The notes under the pieces are model-generated. The model was not told the origin of the DNA. It was given only the letters and a program-made list of their open reading frames with translations, and ran no database searches. Position numbers and translations under genes: made by a program. A stretch of 64,000 nucleotides of DNA from Macrostomum lignano (Eukaryota): NCBI GenBank assembly GCA_002269645.1, contig NIVC01000729.1:76095-140094 (forward strand), written 5' to 3'. Below, in pieces: positions 1 to 11,629 of this stretch (positions are counted from its first letter, which is position 1; each line of letters starts with the position of its first letter).

Positions 1-198
1 GCTGCAGAACTCGAGCGACATGTCAATTGTTATTTATTAGCCGATATTTAGGATTAATGCGTAAGGCCCGAGATTTTTCAATCCTTTCAGCGCGGTCAAG
101 TCTCTGTCAGAGTTGCCACCGTCTTGGTAGCATCCGACGTACGAGATTTGAACAACCCTGCCTGCAGCACAGGCCAGTAGAGCGCACAGCAACAGTGA
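1..198 (-). pseudogene. Disrupted secreted WSC-domain protein fragment, runs off the left edge
   Basis: My minus-strand translation: SLLLCALLACAAG (signal-like) RVVQISYVGCYQDGGNSDRDL...GPYALILNIG**ITIDMSLEFCS. YxGCYxD..RDL and MxxExC are WSC hallmarks. Two in-frame TAA codons and no in-frame ATG. Confidence 0.55.
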
Positions 199-1344
199 CT
201 TTTATTTGTAATAAAACTCTGCAAAACCGGATGCAGGCTAATTTTGCGACAAGCAAATACGGCGACCAGTCTTTTATGTAGCTAAAGGTAAAGCAAATTA
301 CATTTGGATGTAAGGTTTTCTAAAAATGATCGTGAAAGTTTCATTCTCGGCCAAAATTTCGCTTTGCATGTCCTAATTCTTTAAGCATAAGAAGTGCAAA
401 GGAAGTGCATTGCTCATGTATATATAATAATGCTCATGACCTTAGATAGAAAAAATGCGTTCGATCGAAATATCGCGGATATCACACGGACCTTCGAGAA
501 TGAACGAACATTTCTAAGAAAGCACAATTTAATCAAGGCAATGAATAAATACGAGCGTAATGGATAAAACAGGCTCAATTAAAAGGAAAGTTTAATTATT
601 TATATTGACTATAATAGCTTGTACCAATCGTACTGGAAAAATTAATAAAACTATACACATTGGTCACGCCGCTCCGTACACATATATATGTCTTGAGTGC
701 TGTATACGCATGTCTGAATTGTAGCAGGAATAAAAAAATTACTACGCGGTCGTAGCATTATGAAGGTACTACAGAGCTTCAAAATATTTATACACTTGCA
801 GAACCTTGAATTTTGAATCCTTGCTTCCAAACATGTCAAATGAATAAATGACAGCAATACCTTGGAGAGGAGAATCTCGACCTGAAAACTTTCATCTTGA
901 AGTTGGCGAGAGAACCTCGTTGCATGCGAGAAACTTCCAGCAGGAAGCTGTTCTACTGGAATGTTATGCTAGTTTTTTTAAATCTTCCACAAAACCTTTT
1001 TTGTTTGTATGAACGTTTATGAGTCTTTTTTAAAAGATACTATCTACACACGGTTTGATGATGGACGCAAATTTTTGTTCTGTTACAAGTGAGCGGAAAA
1101 AAACAACATGCTTTTAGAAAGCTTTTCCAAGTGAGTAACTAAAGTTGCTTTAGCCAGACACTATTAGCTGGATATTTTTCGTTTGGCTTTCATTTTAAAG
1201 AATTTTTCTTCCATGCATGTAGCCTTTTAAAGTTTCCTCAACGATCCCAAAAATCTAAAATTAAAAAATAGCATCGAAACTTCAGTCTGATTCTTTTGCT
1301 GTTACAAACAAAATAAGTTGTCAGCATTTAAGTCGTGAGAGGCA

Positions 1345-1750
1345 AGACAGCGTCACACGGCGGTTTAGTACTGGGCGCGAAGGTAAGCCGCACCGCGCCC
1401 AGTGTCTGCATGGGCACCAGCATCAGCCAGCAGGCAGTCGATAAAACGCCGAGTGCTGGTAGGGTGCCTGCAGCGTCAGCAGTAGCACCACCTGCACCGT
1501 TGCAGCCCGTAGGGCTCTGCTCCGATGATATGGCTTGCCAGCTGGAGTCGCCGACTGCGCACAGTTCGCTAAAAACGGACAGGCAGATGTATTGGTGACG
1601 TGCTCGTAGCCGATCTTGAAGGTGCCATGCAGCAGGCCAGCGTGCATCGCATCGACCTGCTGTTCAAGTGAAGTGAATCTGTCAGCGTCGCAGGTCTCGG
1701 TGTTGTACAACAGACGGTCTCAAGCACCGCCTGGAACAGCGCCGCCTAGA
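1345..1750 (-). mobile_element. Degenerate 3' fragment of an RTE-type LINE (post-RT region)
   Basis: Across frameshifts reads LFQAVLET..LYNTET..SLEQQVDAMHAGLL..RRRLQLASHII..VQVVLLLTLQAPY..FIDCLLADAGA, typical of the C-terminal region of RTE-clade LINE ORFs. Confidence 0.7.
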
Positions 1751-1781
1751 ACAGCGTAACATTGTACGATATTGTCATGAA

Positions 1782-3500
1782 TGTGTTATTGTGACTTGAG
1801 TGCAGTATTCTACGCCGGGCCAGTCTGGCCGGCCTCTCCCAGTCCTCAGATATTTTCTGACTCACCCAGCTTCACTTCTGCGCGTGCGTACCCCCCCCCA
1901 ACCCCCTCTCTGCGTAGAGCCTTGTCTGTTTATTCAACCTCCCATTCTTTGCGTGCGACCCCGGCCCATTCTTTTGTAAGCCTGGCTGCCCCGCCCCTGT
2001 AGTTTGTGATTGGCTGCCAGTCCCAGTCTGCCGTGCTGCGCCCCGGCGATTGGCTGGTACGTCTCATGTTTGTCCCATGCTAAGCCCCATAAGGCCGCCT
2101 TAATCCCGCGCCCTCAACCCTCGTTTGCTGCCTATTTATTCGGACCCCCGTGAGACCCAACCCGTCGTCTTCGTGGCTCCCCGGTGATTTGTGCCAGCGT
2201 TGGTTGCTATTACACTAAATTGTCCTTAATTGTTCTAATTTTTCTAAATAAATAGAAATACAAATAAAGAATACTAAGAAGACTCCCACTGCTCTGTCGG
2301 CGCTGTTTCCGGGTTGAACGACTGAAATCGCGGCTGGTAAGCCTTCAACTCTGCTAGTCATTTGGGTCTGTATCTGTACTAGGCACATCAAGTGCGTCGT
2401 ACGCCGGTCCACAACAAGCAGCTCTGCGTCGTACGCTCGAGCAGCCTGGTACCGTCGGACACCGCGTCGTACGCGTGTCAGTGGAGGACCGCAGCCAGGG
2501 TCAGTGCGCGAACCCGGGTCTGGAAAGGGGCACGAAGGGACCGAGCCCTTGAGCCCATCACCACAATATCCGCTCCCTGGGATTGGGAGGGACTATAGTT
2601 CGGAAAGCAAGATTCTCAGTAGTGCATTTGCATATGACACTACCTAAATGGTTCACTGGGAGCTGATAATTCTCCACTCACTTCTGAGAATGACTGAAGC
2701 CTTCATTGCACTGGATAATAAAGTTTACAGAAAAAAATTTACGGTTTTTGGTGCAACTCTTCTATGATGAGTGTATTGCAACTCTTCAATATTTTCATTA
2801 ACATGCAAGTATATATATGCTCGCAATGGCGTATTCATGCAGCATGCCAGTGAAGTATGAAACAGATCAGGCCCAAGAGCTAAGGTCTGCGATGCTTCAC
2901 ACCTGCCCCCATTTTTAACAGGTACATGATAAAAGCCCAGTGGGAGGGTCTGTACCCTCTATTTGCCTCTGGCAGCCGCAGAACCCCCCCCCCCACGCTG
3001 CCTCGCAAGTCGACCCAGGGGTACCCATCCCGCGAGTCTTCAAGGCAGACCCTTGGGCTGCTAGACAGACTGGGCTCCGACGCTGGCTACCTATTCAGAG
3101 ACTTTTGCCGAACTTGGGAATCGGGTCTAGCTGACTCGCCAGACCGCAGGCCGTGGTACTGCTCAACGTACTCTCTAATGCCGATGGGCTGGAAGGAGAT
3201 GTCCGGTCGCTAGCCAGCCTGGTATCGGGCCAGCCTTAAGAGGGTTTTTTGGCCAGGTGGGTCGGGTGGGTACGGCACCCATTTGAGGGTAGCCAACCAA
3301 CCTTTATCATGGCCTTCGAGCCGACTATGGATAAGCAAACTATGGGACGGGACCCTTAGCTGCTGGCGAAACTGTGGGACCTCCCTGGGCGGCGCCAACC
3401 CATCGTCCATAGCAACGCGTCGGCCGTTCAGGGATTAGCGATATGGGCGTTCGCACCTTCCCGCTGTCTCTCCGGGACAGCCCTGCAGCTCAGTCAGTTC
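1782..3500. mobile_element. Possible retroelement relic (LTR/promoter-like block plus decayed ORF)
   Basis: GC-rich block with CCAAT boxes and AATAAA, short interrupted ORFs at 2926-3410, and a tail (about 3434-3492) shared with an insertion at 22389. No TSD, PBS or recognisable domain found. Confidence 0.3.
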
Positions 3501-4579
3501 AGCCAAGGCAAGTACAGATAATCATGTGTCTGTAACAATTCACACAAAGAGACTGAATGATGACTGCCTACCAAATTCCTGCTGTTCTCTACTCTTAAGC
3601 TATCTGTGTTTGAGCAGTGTAGTCTAGCTGAGTGGCTGAGCACTGCGTGTTCGAAATACCCCTCTAATATTCCTTAAGTATAAGCTTACATTTTGTAGTA
3701 CTGCAGCAGAGTTTGGTACCATGCCACCTTTTAGGTCCTACTCCTCGACTGGTAAATACGACATATGATTCAGTCAAACAGTCTATATTCCTGTGATACG
3801 GTCACAGTGACCGCGAACTTAAAATTACCGTATAAGCTCACATTATGTCGCAGAAATACTGCAGAGTCCCTTTATACTAGCCCCTATAGTTAGGTTTATC
3901 GAGAAATGTTATTTCTAGGAATATCAACTTGCTCTCAGTTGCGCTGTGAGCTCGCACAACGATGCGTTCTGCCTTCGCGTCTGAGTCTTCATCCACTATA
4001 CTATTACGCGTTTAATAGTAAAATCCGAGGTCCCTGGAGTCAATAAGAGAGTCTCAGAAGCATCACATGAGAGTCAGAGAATTGTCTAATAATATTAAAA
4101 CAAGTCAGGCTTTGGGCCAGCAGAGAGAAGAAAGCTATAGGAAACATAGAGATGAAAGAAGAGAGAAGAGGGGAGAGGCAAGTTTGGAGAGATTATGTGA
4201 GATAGAATGATCAGTTTAGGAAGAAAGGAAAGACGAGAGATGAGATAAGAGAAAATAAATAAGATGAAAGACGACAGGAGAGAAGTTAAATTTGCCGATA
4301 TTTCCAAATATTGTATAGATTCGGTAACGCAAGGGAGGAGAAATCGATAGAGAAGGAGAGGAATAAATATAAGCGCATATAACGCACTACGCGAGGGGAG
4401 TGCATGTACAGTATGATGAGTCAGAGACTATAAAAAACCGATTGGTGGCTAAGTAGAGTACTATAAAGATGATGTGTGAGATAGAATTATCAGTTAATAA
4501 GAGAGAAAAGAGAGAGGGGAGATTCATGTACGAGCGTAAGATGAGATAATAAGAAGAAAGACGAAAGGAGCGAAAAGAT

Positions 4580-4680
<101 letters not shown>

Positions 4681-5356
4681 AGAGATCGAGTAGTGTGAGT
4701 GAGAAGGTGTAATCCAGTGGCTAACCTGCAATCGACTTAAAATGACTTAGCCAAAGGATGCTATGCGCATAAGAGAGATATATAGAACTGAGAAATATAT
4801 ATAAAGTGAGCTCTGGCTAGAGCTTGAGCGTTAAAACATATTTTGGCGCTTGTCAGCATAATAATACAATAAACAACTGTTTAGTCTCTGTCATATCCAA
4901 CGAAAGGATCAGTAAGTGTTATATAATAAAAAATCGTGTTGACAGCATTACTGTCTTAGTCTCTTATTCTCTTATTTAATTCGTCAGCTACTAATCTCTG
5001 TAAAAATTATGATTGCAGAACTTTTGTCTTTTGTGTACGGAGCAATTATTTACTTGGTTATAATGTTGTATCTGTAGTAAACAAAAAAAATGGCTCAAAC
5101 TTAAACTTATACGGTAATAATATTTGTAAGAAATTGCATGTTTTTTACGAGAATTGAAAATATAACTAATCAAAACCGAGTTCGAAAAGTTCGTATCTTT
5201 AAAAACTGAGTGAAAAGTAGAGGTCATTTCTAAAGCTGTCGAGTCCCTCGACAAATGAGCTGCGATTTCAGTTGCATGTAGCTCACAAGATTGGTCTTGT
5301 ATTTCTTGATAAGAACAACTAGGCCTAACAACGTCAACATCTAACTTAATCGAAAA

Positions 5357-5453
5357 ATGTTTGAAAAACTTGTTGTTGATTTGATCAATAGGGCACTTGG
5401 TGATTATGTCGAAAACCTAGATGCATCTCAACTGAATCTGTCAATCTGGAGAG
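5357..5453 (+). CDS. VPS13: VPS13 (A/C-type) exon 1, chorein N-terminal domain
   Basis: MFEKLVVDLINRALGDYVENLDASQLNLSIWRG is the chorein N-terminus; donor G|GTAAGA, phase 1. Confidence 0.95.
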
Positions 5454-5720
5454 GTAAGACTTATAAGTTCTACCAACAAATCATATCATTTGCTTGGCAA
5501 ACTGTCTGGTTGTTCAATGACAATATTCACTGGTCAGGATAATTAATTTAATTTATTTTATATATTACAAAGCCTTATACCATTAAATATGCAATATATA
5601 TATGCAGCTAAATATGCAGTGATAGAAATACATTAATTGTAAATAGGCTTATAATACTGGTAGAACCGCACACTTGATAATGAGAAGTAAAAGAAAGGAG
5701 ATTGCGAGCATTTTCATTAG

Positions 5721-5760
5721 AATGACATGTTTTGCCTAACTTTAGGCATCATCGGGCAGA
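5721..5760 (-). ncRNA. Decayed Penelope-type minimal hammerhead ribozyme motif
   Basis: Minus strand CCGAUGA-U-GCCUA(AAGU)UAGGC-AAAAC-AUGUC: intact stem II and palindromic ACAUGU, but U4>C and G12>A in the core and no good stem I. Lies about 165 nt downstream of the Penelope ORF stop, same strand. Confidence 0.5.
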
Positions 5761-5923
5761 TTGGAGTTTATTTAATTTAAGTCAAAACGTAGAGTATAAA
5801 TACATTTTAGTGGCAGATAGTCAATGATGCACAAAATTGTAATAACAAAACATGGGGGAGTCAACAGATCAAAACTGAGATAGACAGAAAGAGAGAGAGA
5901 GAGAGCCGGGTAGTGGGTGTACG

Positions 5924-6960
5924 TTAGAACACTCTCAGGAGAGCACCGGCCCCAGAATAACCCAACTGTTTATTTAAAGTTGGTTGCCTGTTTTTAATGT
6001 ACATAGCTTCAATAATCTTAAGGCGATGATCGATATTGCAACTGTGTATGATGGTAAACCCATCCTTTTGTTCACTGTTGGCGCATTCACTACAGGCCAT
6101 AAGAGGTGTAGGACCAAGACTGCCACACACCAAGACTGCCATACTTGGGAGAGCTAGGCTAGGAGGGAGGAATTTGGCTTGCCATGTTATTGGATGGTGC
6201 TAAGATGGGGAGAGCCAGCAAGACAAAGCCACAAGAGAGGAACTGGTGAGCAGGCCAGCCTGGCTAGGTAGGTGAGTGAGCCAGGCTCCTTGTTTTTTTC
6301 ATTTAATTTGAATTGTTAAAATTGCCCTGGTTGACTTGAAATCATTTTGGGCCACTTATTTATCTTATTAGTGACCAATCTTGGGACACTTCTTCCTCAT
6401 CTAACTCCACAACCCATCATAACCAATAGCAATGCTAGAAGAAGATTGGTAACTTCCCCTCAATTCCAATAGTCAGTAAGAGCTGTGGCGGTCTTGGTAT
6501 ATGGCGGTCTTGGTCATGCGCCCCATAAGATGGTCTTGCACTACTGATGGCTTTAACCAGTGTTCTCTGCCCCTAACATACAAGTGCTGTTTTGATTTAC
6601 CTAGGTAGGTAACTCTCTGATCAACAGAGCACTGGAATTGGTAGACAACACCTGCATGTAGTTGCAGAGGCACTCTTGTAAAGCTTGTAAGCCTAGTTGG
6701 TACTACAAGCTTTCAATTTAATCATAGGATGTAAATCAAACTCGAGAGACTAAAAATTTTCTGTCTATGCTCGATATGTGTTGGCATTGCAGAGTTCAAT
6801 TTAATCCTGGGGGTATCAATTTGATCATTCTATGTTTTCAATACACATTTTCATTGTGTACTTGTTTTTCAATTGGCTTGTTTTAAGAGCAATTTGGATG
6901 AGCTACTTGAGTAGGATGGCAGTGAGTGAAATTTTGGAGCTGTAAATAACAATATCAACT
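5924..6960 (-). mobile_element. Penelope-like element fragment (GIY-YIG endonuclease region), interrupted by a MITE
   Basis: GVVYQFQCSVDQRVTYLGKSKQHLYVRGREH (GIY-YIG motif) and C-terminal LKIIEAMYIKNRQPTLNKQL. The 5' boundary is approximate. Confidence 0.85.
6103..6524. mobile_element. 422-bp non-autonomous TIR element (Sola2-like termini)
   Basis: Imperfect ~40-bp TIRs with ACCAAGACYGCCA subrepeats, GAG/GGG termini, 4-bp TSD ATAA (6099-6102 and 6525-6528). Confidence 0.8.
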
Positions 6961-7610
6961 ATGCAAATTATGACATTGACCATCCAGCACAAGTGCACCG
7001 CAGGTCAGTACAACCCATAGTCAGGAAGGTGTCTAGTGTATGCAGGAACTAATTCTGGGCAAAATTAAGCCTGTATGCCAATGTACGCCAATTTTTTTAG
7101 CTTCATTTCGAACATTACACTGTACGCTGAAGTCCTTTTTCCGTATCATTTTTCCATACTTCGGCATGTAGTGACATATTCACCCTCAAAGCGCACAAGT
7201 TTTTGTATTTAAAAAAAATCATGCATAAGTTTTATTTGAATGTATATGTTTTTGAAATTGGATTTTATGAAAGAATGGACTACTTTATTGCATGAGACAA
7301 TTTGAAAAAAATTGAAAACAGAAACAAATAAAACAATTCTTTTTTCACAAAAGTGCAAAATAACAATCTTTAGAAATAGTTTTCCACTAGCAATCTACGC
7401 CCCCCGTTGGGGAGCCAAAGAAATGCAATACACATTTTTTTAATAAGCTACATGTATCCTTGAAATCCTTAAAAATATCCTGTCAAACCTTGTAAGCCTT
7501 GACATGTCAGTAATCCCCCCCACAAGCTTTAACATATCAACTTCCCCCCCCCCTTGACATCTCAGCAATGCCCCCAATAAGCCTTGGAAATATAAAAATA
7601 TCTGTCAACC

Positions 7611-7690
7611 TTCTAACCCTAACGCTAGCCTAACCCTAACCCTATAGCCTAACCCTAACCCTAACCCTAACCCTAAACCAACCCTAAAGC
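7611..7690. repeat. Interstitial telomere-like (TAACCC)n tract
   Basis: Several perfect TAACCC units with degenerate neighbours. Confidence 0.75.
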
Positions 7691-8499
7691 ATTGAAATTT
7701 CAGTAATTCTCTCTAAGAGTCATCATAGCACTACTACAGCATTATAGCGATTATAAAATGAATATCTTAACTTCGACATGAAGCTTCTTTTATTTTTTAC
7801 ATTATGCTTTTTTTATCAGCAATCCCTCCCCTGAGGAGGCATCAAATAATTTAATAAAAAGTTTTCAATAAACTACATGTAGCTTCTGGCTTTAGCCTTG
7901 AAATCTTATTTATACCCCCGTGAGCCTTGACATCTCAGCTATTCCCCCCGTAAGCCTTGACATGTCAGCAATGGCCCCCATAAACCTTGAAATCTAAAAA
8001 ATCCCCTGTTAACCTTGAAACCCGATAAAATATAACCCTCAACCCACACCTGACCTAAACCTAACTTTAACCCAACCTAAAGCCTTGAAATCTCAGCAAT
8101 TCTTCTCCCCTAAGCCTTGACATTTTAGTGATTCCTTCTTTAAGAATCACAGCACTATAACGATTTCCACCAAGCTTTGACATCGTTGCAATTCCCAAAT
8201 AAATCTTTTAACTTTGACATGACTTTTATTTTATGTATACATAGTGCTACTTTTATTTTTTACATGACTCTTCTTCTATCAGCAACCCCCCCCCCCGTGG
8301 CGAGCCAACAAAGAATGCAATAAAAAAATGAGTAAAGTACATGAACTTTGAAGTAGCTTCTGACTTTTGCTTTGACATCTCAGAAACCCCCCCGTAATCT
8401 TAGTTATTCTCTGAGAGCCTTTACGTCTCAGTTTTTCTCCCCAGCACAGCATTATAGCTGCATTTAATTTTTACATGACACCCTTCATGTCTGACATGA

Positions 8500-9660
8500 C
8501 GCTTCTTTTATTCTACCATGATGCTTTTTGATTTTTTAGATGACACTTTCATTAGTTTTTAAATGAGGCTCCTATGATTTTTTATGACGCTTCTATGATT
8601 TTTACATGATGCTTCTATGATTTTTTATATGACGCTTCTATGATTGTTTATATGACGCTTCTATGCTTTTTACATGACGCTTCTATGATTTTTTACATGA
8701 CGCTTCTATGATTGTTTACATGACGCTTCTATGATTATTTCATGACGCTTCTACGATTTCTGCAGGACGCTTCAATGATTTTTACATGATGCTTCTATGA
8801 TTTTTACCTGACACTTCTATGATTTTTTATATGACGCTTCTATGATTGTTTATATGACGCTTCTATGATTGTTTACATGACGCTTCTATGATTGTTTCAT
8901 GACGCTTCTTTGATTGTTTACATGACGCTTCTATGATTGTTTACATGACGCTTCTATGATTGTTTATATGACGCTTCTATGATTGTTTATACGACGCTTC
9001 TATGATTTTTACATGACGCTTCTATGCTTTTTACATGACGCTTCTATGATTATTTCATGACACTTCTACGATTTCTACAGGACGCTTCAATGATTTTTAC
9101 ATGACGCTTCTATGATTTTTACATGACGCTTTGATGATTTTTTATATGACGCTTCTATGCTTTTTACATGACGCTTTTATGATTGTTTACATGACGCTTC
9201 TATGATTGTTTATATGACGCTTCTATGATTGTTTCATGACGCTCCTATGATTTTTTCATAGAAGTCATAGAAGCGTCATGTAAACAATCATAAAAGCATC
9301 ATGTAAAAAGCATAGAAGCATAGACGCTCCTATGATTTTTTCATGATGCTTCTATGACTTTTTAGATGACGCTTCGATGATTGCTTATATGACGCTTATA
9401 TGCTTCTTATATGACGCTTCTATGATTGTTTACATGACGCTTCTATGATTTTTTACATGACGCTTCTATGATTTTTTAGATGACGCTTCTATGATTTTTT
9501 ACATGACGCTTCTATGACTTTTTAGATGACGCTTCTATGATTGTTTACATGACGCTTCTAAGATTTTTTACATGACGCTTTTATGATTTTTTACATGACG
9601 CTTTTATGATTTTTTACATGACGCTTTTATGATTTTTTACATGACGCTTCCATGATTTTT
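8500..9660. repeat. Minisatellite, 21-23 bp unit ATGACGCTTCTATGATTTTTTAC
   Basis: Tandem array visible directly; contains an inverted block near 9257-9322. Confidence 0.95.
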
Positions 9661-10104
9661 TAGTTTTCTTGGCGTTAAAAAGCTTTAATTAAAAAACTCC
9701 ACTCTTTCAAAATTCGAACCATCGTCCCTGCATTTAGCAGTTCAGTCTGTTTACTCCAAGCATAGAGTAAATCACACGAGGCAGTTATGACATAATCAAT
9801 TTCTCAGTCAGTCAGTATCAGTTAACAATATGGTTACGCAATCTAAATCAAGTCTAGTGCTACGCTTCCACACTGCATTTTCAATACTGTGACGCAATTC
9901 AAGTGGAGTTACAATTCAGTTATGATGCAATCTATTTCAGAATCAGAATTCAACCAGTCAGTTTTTTCTCTAGCATTCTTACAATGCATTTCAAGTCGAA
10001 AAGTTTGCTTGACCTTTGCAAAAAAGCATGTTTTTCGAATATTTAATCACTTTAAAATGGAGCAATTTCTTAGCCAAGATGCATGTACCGTCACGGGAAA
10101 ATTT

Positions 10105-10200
10105 CTGATCGAACAGTGCAAGTTCGAACAAAATCGGTCCAGCCATTTTTTCTCTAATCGATTGCGTACAAACAAGCAACTCATTTTTAGTATATAGGAT
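10105..10200 (+). mobile_element. Helitron-like non-autonomous element 3' end (copy 1)
   Basis: AAAATCGGTCCAGCCATTTTT...CATTTTTAGTATATAGGA, matches a second copy at 61890-61975. Family call is from recalled Lep1-type ends. Confidence 0.5.
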
Positions 10201-10774
10201 TATCTGCTTACTTTTTATTATTCTTTAATTTTTTCAATGGCCATAAATCAGCAAAGACATATGATACAATGCAAATGAGATTGAATATGATTTGTAAAAA
10301 AGGTCACAGTGCTTGCTTACGTACACAGACAGTGGTTATGATGCTGCCAGTAAAATTGGTATGCCAATTTTGTTGTTCTGTTGTGTGTGTACACAGATAC
10401 GCAGATATACCAGTTTTCTAAAAATCTGTACGCCAAAACTGATTCTAATGGCCAAGTGTACGCGGGAATATTCCTGCGTACAGACACCTTCCTGACTATG
10501 TAGTAGAACAAGATTAGCAATGAGAAGTAAGGTCTGATTGTCACCACTTTATGGCGCGGCAATAGTCTGCTAAAGTTTTATTCTAGGAAAGTTTATGCTA
10601 AGGTTTATTCTAGCTTACATTGCCAAACAGCTAGTCAATCTAAAATTTTTTTGACTCAATGATATCCAGCGCTAAAGTGTTTATTTGTTTATTGTGTCAT
10701 TTTGTTTTTAGTTTTTCTCAACGATAAGTAAACAATTTTTGTAAAAGCACTGGATATCTAATGTTATATGAGTA

Positions 10775-10915
10775 GAATGATCAAATTGATGCCCCCAGGA
10801 TTAAATTAAACTGTGCTATGCCAACACATGTTGACCATCAACAAAAAAATTTCAGTCTCACAAGTCTGATTTCTGTATCTATGATTAAATTGAAAGCTTG
10901 CAGTACCAACTAGGC
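10775..10915 (+). mobile_element. Second Penelope fragment, inverted relative to 6690-6832
   Basis: Aligns by eye to the reverse complement of 6690-6832 (AGAATGATCAAATTGAT..CCCCAGGATTAAATT..GATTAAATTGAAAGCTTG.AGTACCAACTAGG). Confidence 0.7.
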
Positions 10916-10922
10916 CGCATAA

Positions 10923-11629
10923 CCCTATTGGAATAAGTTTCAAAAACCCGCGGATGCGCAACACGGGTGCCAAAATTGTGCCCTCAAAAGTGCGACGCCA
11001 CACCAAATTTGTTGACTGGGGGGCGGCAATGCAACGTCGATGTCTGATGACTGGGGGGGGGGGATGCCACAGCAGCAACGTTGCAATTGACAATTCCTGT
11101 TCTGCCATTCACTCGCGATACCGAGACCATGGGGCAAGGGACGAGAGTATTCCTTTCAATTTCGCAGAAAAATAAATAAAATTTAAAAACAATAAACAGT
11201 AAAACAACAAAGGTACAACACTTAGAAAAACAGTGCATGCATTGTAACTAACAAGTAACATTTCTAAAAATTATATTTGAAGTATTAGTTATTTTACCTC
11301 AAAATAAAAAAGAACAATTCAAGAGCTAGTTATTATCAAACATGTTTGAAACATTTAAATACTGAGAAACAACTGTGAACACATTACAATGAAACACAGT
11401 TTGCGAGATTTAGGCTACAGATCCAGGCTGCAACGGGACACATGACAATGCCAGCCACCAAATTGCCACACTGTCATGTTGCGCGACGCAATGCATGATA
11501 ACACCAGGTTTCCATTGTGTCGCACGACATGACACACCACTTGACACCACTGTCACGCAACGCGACACCAGGAGAATCCAAAAATGCGACAGACAGTTGT
11601 CTGTGTTTTGTCAACTTATTCCAATAGGG
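10923..11629. mobile_element. ~707-bp TIR element with CCC...GGG ends (piggyBac-like MITE)
   Basis: Perfect 17-bp TIR CCCTATTGGAATAAGTT / AACTTATTCCAATAGGG. TSD not intact. A third TIR-like copy follows TTAA near 11698. Confidence 0.55.

Noticed and set aside
855-968. Short open frames with splice-like ends on both strands
   Set aside because: Both strands look equally plausible, with no recognisable homology or linking exons.
1782-2214. Solo LTR (TG...CA)
   Set aside because: No matching TSD, PBS or second LTR; kept only as a low-confidence relic.
5272-5278. TTGCATG resembling the 3' end of a flatworm spliced leader upstream of VPS13
   Set aside because: Only 7 nt match, with no following GT donor, SL stem-loops or Sm site.
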